Both the position numbers and the translations under genes were made by a program. A stretch of 64,000 bases of DNA from Hormiphora californensis (Eukaryota; Animalia; Ctenophora). The notes beneath the pieces were generated by a model. The model had not been told where the DNA came from, made no database searches, and saw only the letters and a list, made by a program, of their open reading frames with translations. Of this stretch, positions 54,143-64,000 are shown piece by piece. The first letter of the stretch is position 1. Each line of letters opens with the position of its first letter. The DNA lies in contig CM035357.1 in the NCBI GenBank assembly GCA_020137815.1, positions 6,200,001 to 6,264,000 on the forward strand, in the 5' to 3' direction.

Positions 54143-55471
54143 TTCTTGAAACCTTTTTTTTGAAAAACATAACAGTTAGTACATTACCTAACCACTAACT
54201 ATTATCTGATATCGAGCGAGGGATTGCAACACCAACCACCGTATTATTTTGTCACATTTATATAGAATTGTATCACATCGTTGTCAACAAATGGCGTAAC
54301 AAGGGCCTGAAGGCTGCAGCACATGACAAGATGAAAATTGGACTGCACAAGGGGCGTGAAACCTGTTTCCCTACTCGTCAATATGTTATAACCCTCCTTT
54401 ACAACATTTGTCACAGCCCACAGGGCCAATTGACAGAGGGTCGATCAAGGCAACCTGTGAATACGCAGTGCAATGTGAATCGGTATCGCCAGGGCAACGT
54501 TACAATCTGGGTGTTTTTTTTTTTTTTTGAGAAATTTTTGCGAAGGCCGGGGTACCGGTTCAAATAGAAAATATGTCAGTACAATATTATTTACATGAAT
54601 AGATATAAAAATAAAATTTACTCTTACCGGTGTAATAAGTTAAGTATAAATAAATCAGATAATAAGGTGAAAATCGTTTGTTTTGCTACAAAAATGTGTC
54701 CATTTATTGCCCTTGTACCCCCTGATGGCGATGAGATGGCGATCTGGGTGTTTTTGGAACAGAAATTACTGCTAAAATGTCCAATAACTAATCAAAGGCC
54801 TCATTGAGCTCTTCCTGGCAGTTTATACCTTAAGAATTTAGATAGGCCGGTAAAAAACACCCAGAAAGCAACGGCGCCCAGGCAAAACTGGATCTTTTCA
54901 CATAAAAAAGGGGGAAAAAAGAAAACAGAAGTCACAAGTTTTCAAAACTTTTTTCAAAATACATGCGCGTCCAATAATGCATCGTTGTTAAAGATTAATT
55001 TGGCGCGTTACATAACTTTGCTGATGCCGCCCCGCAATTTTTGCCGAAAATGATCGCCGCGCGGTCGAAGCTCAGCGAAAAGGTCGAGTCGTTGCGCTGA
55101 CAAGCGCCAAAGTTTTCCTGATCTCTAAAAAGCGTCAGCCGCCAACAGCAACTAAAGTCCGTTTCAAACGACTTGACCTGAGATTCCTGGAAATTCAGGA
55201 TTTCCCCTTTGTAAATACACGCGCAATGGGCCAAATTCCAAGAATTACGGGTTGAGTCGCTTGAAACGGACTTTACAACCGAAATGATACAGTCACAGCC
55301 TACAGGCGTTTGACAAGACGTTTGATCAATTTGGAATACGGAATTGCTCAAGCGCCAAGTTTAGATTTGGTCCGAGCCTTGAGGCGTCCCAAAAGTTTTG
55401 TAACGCAAAAATTCATCGGTGTTTATTCTGATTTCTAAACCTCCCCACTTCTCACATTCCCTAGCCCACTC

Positions 55472-56619
55472 ATGAACATCCAACTGAACATCCCAGACAT
55501 TTTCATTCACCTGCTGGAGGAGATCCAAGGGATGGGGTTCTCCCCCGAGTCCCCTGAGTACTGTGTCACCCTCATAGGAATGAGCAAGGTGATGGGCCGC
55601 CTTCGAAACTCTGCAGCTGGAAAGAGTGTAGCCCGGCATCAGCTACAGCAACAACGAGGCATCCCACCTCCACGTCCCCAAATCATTCAACGCACATCGA
55701 ACTACACGCCACCCCAACTACTTTACACTAGACCTACCCACCCCATGATCCTTCCTCATCCTACAATTCCTGCCCCAGCCATGATCCAATCACAGCAAGT
55801 GCCACAAAGATACCCCACTACTATTGTTTCTGCTAGAAACGTTGTCAAAACTCCAACTGGATATTTTACCGGGCCCCCGGGAAACATCTTGTTTGTGCCA
55901 ACTCAGCCACAGAGATGCCAAGATGTCCCCCAGCAGACAGCTCCGAGTACACTGGGAACCCAGAAACCAAGTCCAACAACGAAGGGAATAAAACGGCCTC
56001 AGACGGCCAAGAAATCAACGCCAAAGAAACGCAAAGTTTTGACAGAATCAATGATAGATGCACAGAATGCAGAGATGATTAAAAGGAAACTTCTCCGCCT
56101 CAAGGCCCTCAAGTCGAGACCTGTTCCTGAACTGGTCCGAACTGAGCCGGAAGTATTAGTTAAATTACCCAGTCCACCACCCATCACCAACTCCAACTCC
56201 CGCTATCCCAGCCGATCTGGTAGAAAGCGTGTGTCATATGTGGAGGGATGCGACTGGAACGAAGAGGATTGTGGTGAGGAACAACAACCCTCCACCCAAG
56301 AGAGCACAACTTCTGAAGTCTTATCGAGTAGCAGCCAAGAACTCACTTCCTCCTCCTCATCCTCCCAAACCTCTCATGGAGATGCCCCGGATACTGATGG
56401 CCGACATTCTCCCTATCACCTGTACAAAATGTGACAGGACCTTCACTTCAAGACGAGGATTGAAGCAGCACTTTCAACTCACCACGCCACAAGATGAAAC
56501 ATAATGAGTACAAGTGTGATCCGTGTGGGGTGGCCTTTCTATCCAAGAGATGGGCACTGAGACATAATGAAACGGTGCACGGTGGAGATGAAATGATTGA
56601 TGTAAAGCCAACCGTGTGA
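55472..56619 (+). CDS. Pro/Gln/Ser-rich protein with C-terminal C2H2 zinc fingers, interrupted by two apparent frameshifts (~56420 and ~56484)
   Basis: 320-aa ORF with an NLS-like PKKRK. Shifted frames give CTKCDRTFTSRRGLKQH and YKCDPCGVAFLSKRWALRHNETVH. Confidence 0.65.
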
Positions 56620-56861
56620 ACTCTTCTTCTTCTTCTTGGAGGCCGTCTCCATTGGTTGAGATTAAGGATTAACCGTGTGAACTCACTACTTACTGACCAA
56701 TGAACATGCATTAACTCTCCCAATAGTTATCAAATCATTCAATTTATAAATTCTTTATCATCTCAAATTTCACAACTCATGCCTCATAATGAATCTCTCT
56801 CGCCGTATAATTCACTGCATTGCTGTAAATAATAATTCTTATCTTTCTCTGTTGATAGACT

Positions 56862-59277
56862 ATGGCAACGTTTGATACTATAAAGCCTGAGCTAAAGGCA
56901 TACCTGCTAAAACACCGTCTCCCAGACATATTCGAGGTAGGTCCACAGGTCCACTGTAAGATTCAACAATCAACATGGGGTTTGTTAAGTTCTAACCCAC
57001 CTTCACATTTGTCGAGCAAGGCAACATGGGGATGTGTCTATGAAATTACTAATGTACGATTTCAATAACACTAATTTACAAATTAAAACAAGTCGGTTTT
57101 TATATTGCAGTGTATTTTCACGGGTCTGGCAGCCAGTAGGCCTGAAGACCCAAACCAGTTTATCCTGTCAAGATTGAGGGAATATCAGGCAGGCAAACAT
57201 TTTGATCTGGAATGGGATTCCTTTGTTAACAAACAGAATCTACCCACTGAAAGGGTCTTCAAGAAATCTTTCATCGAGAACTTCTTTACTTTGGAGGATC
57301 TTGCAAAGATGGTAATTAGCATATTAATTAATTAACTAATTAGCTCATTTATCAAATAATTTCATAACTGGTATAAATTCCGAATTTGATAAACTCCCGT
57401 AGGAGTGAATAGTAAACATTAATTGAGTGTAGCACTGTAATTATGTGTTGCATCTAATTATTGTGTGTCTTTGTGGCAGTGATTGGACTCATTAAAACCC
57501 CCTCGTTAGGAACCCTATCTAGACACTGAGGACTTCATTAACCTGGTAAGTCGGCTGTATCAAGTGCATCTCGGTATAGATTCTATCAGTACCACATTGC
57601 ACCATATATGCAGTTTGGGAGAGGGTGATGCTGAAAGGAAGTGTTATTTTTGTTAAATAACCTTGAGGCTTGGCCATCAGCCATTCATAAATACGATAAA
57701 TGAAGTAGGATCCCAGGAGTAATAGAGACATTTTGAGTAGAGACCATTGCATGCAAATCTTTTTTACGTGCATGAATTTTCTGTAAAACAAATTACTCCC
57801 CCAACACATTTATCCATCACTCTTTTTGCTGTACCCCCTCAAATACCCCCATTTGTTGAAAACAAGAAGCCCTCCTCTTGCTGGAACCACTTTCAAAATT
57901 CCCTCTTGATGACTTTTAATTATCTTCTAACCTTGCTAGAAATACTACTTCTACTTTCAACCGTCTGTGGAACAAAAAAGGAAAGCAGCACAAGCGTACA
58001 ATGATAACATGATCAAAAAACATTTCCAGTAAGCTTGGGTGGTATTTTAGCAATTTATTAGTTTTTGTTGCAAGAGGTTGTTATAACTCAACTCTCCCCT
58101 CTTTTACATACATTTGAGGGAGGGTCGAACAAGGCGGATAAGAGGATGTGACATGTGTGACGTGTGTGGTTACTGATTCCTTTCACTCCCCTCTCAGAGC
58201 GTGGCTGGGCTACTACAATAAGAAGTTAGAGAAACGAAGAAAGGAACGGGCTCAGTGGGAACTGGCTGTACAGTTTTATGATATAAAACTCATCAAGAGA
58301 TGCTTTGTAACCTGGGACAGATGGAAATGCGAGAGGTTCGCCTCTCAAATGAGTAAGTGTGGCAGTCATTCTTATTATTATCTATCGCTCCAACGTTCTA
58401 TACTTCGATGAAGTAATTTTTCTCTAATAAATCCACCTCGCTCCTCCACTCTGGTTCCCCCGTTCCCTAACTTGTTATGTTCTAACCCTCCTTTACGGGG
58501 CACGCGAAACACAGTCTAGCTAGGCAATCCCTAACCCCATATTTCCCTGGACCCCGTATTTCCCTAACCCCGTATTTCCCAGAGGCCGCTCCTAGTAAGT
58601 TATATCACCGGTGAGCTCTATGTTGTGTCAGCTGCGTGTATTCTCTGCTGTGTATGTAATTCAGTGTTTCTCCAAATCTCTTCAAAATAAAAAAGGACCA
58701 AACTTCAGTGGCTCGCTATAAAGTTCGAATTTACGTGTAACACGGGGTTTATTTTCCTTTCTAATTTAATTAATCACTATTGTTTTACAGTTTTGGCAGA
58801 GAAGATGAAGAGGATAGCGTTGCAGAACGCCATTCACACCTCATTCCGGGCTTGGCAACAGGTCACAAAACATGCATCGGACACAAACAAGTGGTTCAAA
58901 AAGGTAACTAACTCCTTGATCACTATAATTGGCCACCACTTTTGTTACATGTGCTATGTTTCTCGAACAACCTGCATTGTCACTCTTCAGTCTTCATCCG
59001 TAGTACCCCCTAACATTAGTACCATTGCCACCTGTTCACTTCGATCTCGCACAGATGTCAGTGTCACCAACCCCCACCCTCACCCCTTAGTATGAGTAAC
59101 TCCCTAACCATCCCCTCCACATTTAACATTACCACCTGTTTATCACCAACCCCTAACTCTACACCCCCCCCCCCTCAGTATGAGGTGCTGAATAGTGATG
59201 ATGAAGACCAAGAGAAGGTGGACGCCTCAGCGGGCCAGGATTTCATCTCCAAACTACCCCACCGAGCTAGCTACACG
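56862..59277 (+). CDS. FBXL13: FBXL13 / dynein regulatory complex subunit 6, 5' exons: 56862-56936, 57111-57311, 57940-58028, 58198-58352, 58791-58903, 59179-59277; continues beyond the window
   Basis: RIIa/Dpy30-like N-terminus (KAYLLKHRLPDIFECIFTGLAASRPEDPNQFI), Sfi1-like F-x-x-W repeats (KKHFQAW, KRCFVTW, HTSFRAW) and the start of an F-box (DFISKLP). All introns are phase-compatible. Confidence 0.8.
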
Positions 59278-59292
59278 GTACGTACCGTCCAA

Positions 59293-59794
59293 ATCAATTA
59301 GTGTTTCCCTCCATCAATTAGTGTTTCCCTCCATCAATTAGTGTTTCCCTCCATCAATTAGTGTTTCCCTCCATCAATTAGTGTTTCCCTCCATCAATTA
59401 GTGTTTCCCTCCATCAATTAGTGTTTCCCTCCATCAATTAGTGTTTCCCTCTATCAATTAGTGTTTCCCTCTATCAATTAGTGTTTCCCTCCATCAATTA
59501 GTGTTTCCCTCCATCAATTAGTGTTTCCCTCCATCAATTAGTGTTTCCCTCTATCAATTAGTGTTTCCCTCTATCAATTAGTGTTTCCCTCCATCAATTC
59601 GTGTTTCCCTCCATCAATTCGTGTTTCCCTCCATCAATTAGTGTTTCCCTCCATCAATTAGTGTTTCCCTCCATCAATTAGTGTTTCCCTCCATCAATTA
59701 GTGTTTCCCTCCATCAATTAGTGTTTCCCTCCATCAATTAGTGTTTCCCTCCATCAATTCGTGTTTTCCTCCATCAATTCGCGTTTTCCTCCAT
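59293..59794. repeat. 20-bp minisatellite (~25 copies) starting ~15 nt into an FBXL13 intron
   Basis: Unit atcaattagtgtttccctcc. Confidence 0.95.
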
Positions 59795-59852
59795 GTCTAT
59801 TCGAGTTCACCGGTACATCACCATGATTATCCTAATCATGCACATTATAAAC

Positions 59853-60531
59853 TGGGGGGGGGGTCCAGCCCTAAAAAAAGCTAAAGGTACCCTGATTTTG
59901 GTCGATTGCTTTTTTTATGTTGGCTTTTTTTAGCTTTTTTTTAGCTTTTTTTAGCCCTACTTTTTATGTTTTTTCAGCATTCATCTTGACACTTTTCCAT
60001 TAAATTTTCATCCTTCCGGACGTCTATTGACTGCATTTATTCATTTCCTGCACATTTTTTTACCATAATCTACCGTTTATGTCCATACATAGCAATTTCT
60101 GTATCCACCCCTACTGCCATTTTCTGGAGACATTTTTTCGATAAAAATATTATTCAAATTTGATAAAAATAGTTTTAAAAAAGTTCAAAAAACGTTATAA
60201 AACGTTATAATAAAAGTTTAAAAAATTTGGCGTCAGCGGGATTCGAACCTATATGAATCCACTTAAAACTCAATTTTAGCTTTTTTTAGCTTTTTTTTAG
60301 CCTAAAAAAAGATAAAAAAAGCTAAAAAAAGCTAAAGGTACCCTGATTTTGGTCGATGGCTTTTTTATGTTGGCTTTTTTTAGCTTTTTTAGCTTTTTTT
60401 AGCCCTACTTTTTACGTTTTTTCAGCATTTATCTAAAAAAGGCTAAAAAAAGCTAAAAAAAGCTAAAAAAAAGCAAATGGTACCCTGATTTTGGCCGATG
60501 GCTTAGCTTTTTTTAGGGCTGGACCCCCCCC
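59853..60531. mobile_element. MITE with gggtccagccctaaaaaaagctaa TIRs in G/C runs
   Basis: Terminal inverted repeats are present, and the interior is shared with the copy at ~63394-63798. Confidence 0.8.
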
Positions 60532-60814
60532 TCCCAAGCCTGTAATATGTATATTAGAAAGGGCAGATGAGTGGTTATGAGGATAGCGTGCAACTTGGGG
60601 GATGTTGCTTTATGAAAAGAGCTCGAATTCCTGAGCTCCAGATTTACAATTTAACTTGTTTCGGGACAGAGCAAGAATCAACCTTATCAACAGCTGGCCT
60701 AGGTGACTTATAAGGAGGCAGTTCGGTGTTTTCGAAGGGGGAAATGTCACAAGTCATCACTATGTGGTTCACCAAACTCCCTCTGATAATTTGAACAAAG
60801 TTAAACTCGATGTA

Positions 60815-61922
60815 CCGCGTGGCCCAAATTAAAGGGAGGGTACGTTGGCCTACTTTTCACCCAGAAGTTTAATTTCAATCACTCTGATATTTTGACACAA
60901 TGTCTGCATGATTACTCATTCGAGGAATCCGAAGTTTCAGCCCTCTGGATGAAAGTTCATTTTTTTTCAACCGAATGAACATTGAATGAACACCAATATG
61001 GGACCATATTTCGGTACCAAAGTTTCACAAATTTGTTTGGCTATCGATTTCCTTTCGAATGGGACCAGTTTGAGCTTAATTGGATCACCACAAGAATCAC
61101 AGTGATCCGTTTTCTAAGCCTAGGGTAAGTCATGTGATCCCCATCAAATTATGACGTGTTAGCAAGAGAGCTTACATTTTAACGGATGCTGTATCGGTAC
61201 ACCATCCTCATTAGCAGACGTGATACGTGATACTCGACCGTTACACCTGCTTATTGGCACTTAGTAATGACGCTATCGTCTCATTAGGTGTCAGATGACC
61301 AAACCTAGGGTTAGATAACTAAAAACTGTGTCTCTTGTGGTGGTCCAATTGAGCTCAAATTAGTCGCGTTTGAAAGGAAATCGATACCCGAAGGCGACTG
61401 TGAAATTCCGGTTCCAAAAAGCATTCCTGTTTTCAAGTTCATTCAGGATTCATTCCAGTCGGAAAAATGAATTTTAAGATAGAGAGCTTAAATTCCGGCT
61501 AACATCAAAATTGATCAAGTGCAGTGGCCGTACAGATTTTTAGCGCCTGAATTTACCGATTTCTGGTCAAAACAGGTCAAAATCGATGTTTGGTAAAAAA
61601 TATCATCTTTAAATAACTTATTTCACCCACTAAACTTGATTCAATTTTAATAAAAATGCAGATTGCCATTTGTTGATACTTGCTCTATTGTATGGCGGTT
61701 TTTAAAATAATGAAATCGAATTTAATCAAGAGAAAACCTCAAAAAACCCGAAAAACGAAAAATTGAGTTCATTAATGAACTTTCAACTTTTATGATTTGA
61801 AACTTCGGATTCCTCGAATGAGTACCCATGCAGACATTGTGTTAAAATATTAGAGTGATTGAAATTAAACTTCTGGGTGAAAAGACGGCCAACGTACCCT
61901 CCCTTTAATTTGGGCCACGCGG
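60815..61922. mobile_element. Non-autonomous Tc1/mariner-like element with ~120-bp TIRs and TA TSD
   Basis: ta|ccgcgtggcccaaattaaagggagggtacgttggcc ... ggccaacgtaccctccctttaatttgggccacgcgg|ta. Confidence 0.85.
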
Positions 61923-62299
61923 TATTTCAATGCAGTTAATAGTTGGTGAGAAAGAACTCAGAAAATCTCAAAAATTAGACCGACCCTCACTCTGTATAGT
62001 AGAAAAGGATGAGAGAGGGGGTGACCGGTGATCCCCACTTCTTTTTCTGCTATACAAATAAAAGTGGCAAATAAGCTCTCTCTCACCAATATCACAGCCG
62101 GCATGATTTCTCGTCAGGGCCCTGACGCAATATCATTTCGGCATGTATGAAAATCCAATCTCGTCGACCAACATCCTTTAAAAACAGATCGGATAAGACC
62201 AGCTCACGCAAAGTCCATAAATCAATTCCTCGAAAAAAGATCCGTCCTAAGTACATAATACTAGAAGAAAAAGAACCTTCATTGCCTAAAAATCTAACT

Positions 62300-63124
62300 C
62301 TAGATCTCAATTTTGTCCCGGAGACTCAGATATAGCCTCTCCAAGTTGTTCATCTGTTCCACCACTAGGAGATACATTTGGTCGTTATCGTCTATGTTGG
62401 GGATAGCCCGGCAGGCGTGGGAAGGGTAGTCCTCCATACCCAGGCAGACCTCGGGACTGATTACTATCTCATCAACCTAAATTAGGGGGTAGTGTTAGTC
62501 TCATTCGGTCAAACGTCAGTCGTATTGGGGGAAGAGAGAAGCTGAATATGGGGACTGGCGGCTGGACCAGAATGAGTTTTGAGGCACTCAGAAAAGATCA
62601 ATTCCCTAATTTCAGGGTGGGTTAACTAACCTGTATACTCATACTATTGAAGGCACGTCTCTCCTCGTCCCCGAATATCTTCTTGGCCAGTCTGTGCTCA
62701 ATGTAACATCGGAGGGACAGATAACTCTCAATAAGCTTCACACCAGATAGCTTGTAGTTGTCGATAGCATCAACCTTGACACACACCTAGAAATGGAAAA
62801 GGTGTCAGAGCGCTCTAGGGAAGAAAAGGAATGGTTTATTAAAGCAAGGATCTGGAGGGGTAGTTTAGGGTGCTAGATTGTCTAGGTTGATATGGGAATT
62901 ACCTCTTTCTTCACGGATAGCTTGTTAAGAATGGTCTCCTGAATCTGGTGGGTGGAAGTCCAACAGTCCGCCACTGACTCATTGAGGGGTTTAGGGCGAG
63001 TGAAACACTTCTTACGATCCAAACTAAACCTTCCTGGCCCGGGTGCTGCTGCTGCTGCATTGGACACACCAACCAGAGAGTGGCTGACGAGGAAGATAAA
63101 GGAGAGGATGGTAAGAGATATCAT
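62300..63124 (-). CDS. Secreted 184-aa, 6-Cys orphan protein; exons 63124-62903, 62786-62631, 62476-62300; apparently nested antisense in an FBXL13 intron
   Basis: Signal peptide MISLTILSFIFLVSHSLVGVSNA and three stop-free exons joined by phase-0 GT-AG introns. No family was recognised. Confidence 0.75.
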
Positions 63125-63393
63125 CTTGATCCCATCGCAACTAAATCCCCCTTTCATACCCCATCACTGAGGTGTGGGGTGCAAGCTGTGCGAGGTGCGT
63201 CAATCGTCATGTGATGCATCCGGCTTACAAGATATAACGTTTAGGCGTATCTAAACGCATATCTTGAGAGGGGTAGTGGGTGAAAAATAGAGAGATAGAA
63301 AGTCGAGAGAGAAAGACAGATACAGAGAGGGACAGAGAAAATTTGCTTTAAAAACTTTCGCACACCTTGGGGTTAAGACTAAAAGATAAAGAT

Positions 63394-63798
63394 GGGGGGG
63401 GGGGGGTCCAGCCCTAAAAAAAGCTAAAGGTACCCTGATTTTGGTCGATTGCTTTTTTTATGTTGGCTTTTTTTTAATCTTTTTTTAGCTTTTTTTAGCT
63501 TTTTTTAGCCCTACTTTTTATGTTTTTTCAGCATTCATCTTGACACTTTTCCATTAAATTTTCATCCTTCCGGACGTCTATTGACTGCATTTATTCATTT
63601 CCTGCACATTTTTTTACCATAATCTACCGTTTATGTCCATACATAGCAATTTCTGTATCCACCCCTACTGCCATTTTCTGGAGACATTTTTTTTTAGCTT
63701 TTTTTAGCTTAAAAAAAGCTAAAGAAAGCTAAAAAAAGCTAAAGGTACCCTGATTTTGGCCGATAGCTTAGCTTTTTTTAGGGCTGGACCCCCCCCCC
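63394..63798. mobile_element. Second, internally deleted copy of the gggtccagccct MITE
   Basis: Same TIRs and interior as 59853-60531. Confidence 0.8.
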
Positions 63799-63953
63799 AA
63801 ACTTTTGGCGAAACTTTAATCAGAAAGAACCATGACTGTATTTCAGATATTCTCTCATTTGAATGTCCTGGATAGGCTAACGTGTTCCCTTGTGTGTCGC
63901 TCCTGGAAGGTGATGGTACAGGATAGATCACTCTGGACACAGGTCAGTTTCTA

Positions 63954-64000
<47 letters not shown>

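Noticed and set aside
60228-60252. tRNA-like gcgggattcgaacc
   Set aside because: Only a B-box-like motif inside a MITE, with no cloverleaf.

Overview
Eukaryotic, intron-rich, (CT/GA)n-rich genomic DNA. The repeat families and nested-gene layout resemble a ctenophore such as Pleurobrachia, which is inference from recalled repeat motifs, not a search. The window starts with the 5' end of an R4/Dong-like non-LTR retrotransposon (- strand) capped by a complete HDV-like ribozyme fold next to a (GA)n tract, inside an intron of a PLC-like (PLCL/PRIP-type) gene. It then carries an intronless M3 peptidase (MIPEP-like) and a ~24-kb multi-exon GBF1 gene that holds an antisense nested alpha-carbonic anhydrase with a Ser/Thr/HWP repeat. 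A ~5-kb tandem-plus-inverted multimer of a self-complementary ~490-bp unit follows, flanked by a 12-bp target-site duplication. The right third holds a class A GPCR, an ACOT13-like thioesterase, a frameshifted C2H2 gene and FBXL13/DRC6 with an antisense nested secreted orphan, and MITEs are scattered throughout. The most striking patterns are the 490-bp multimer, the ribozyme, and several minisatellites that are tandem copies of the host gene's own splice sites. Single-base frameshifts in conserved exons suggest the assembly has indel errors, so all frameshift calls are provisional. Exon boundaries were read by eye.
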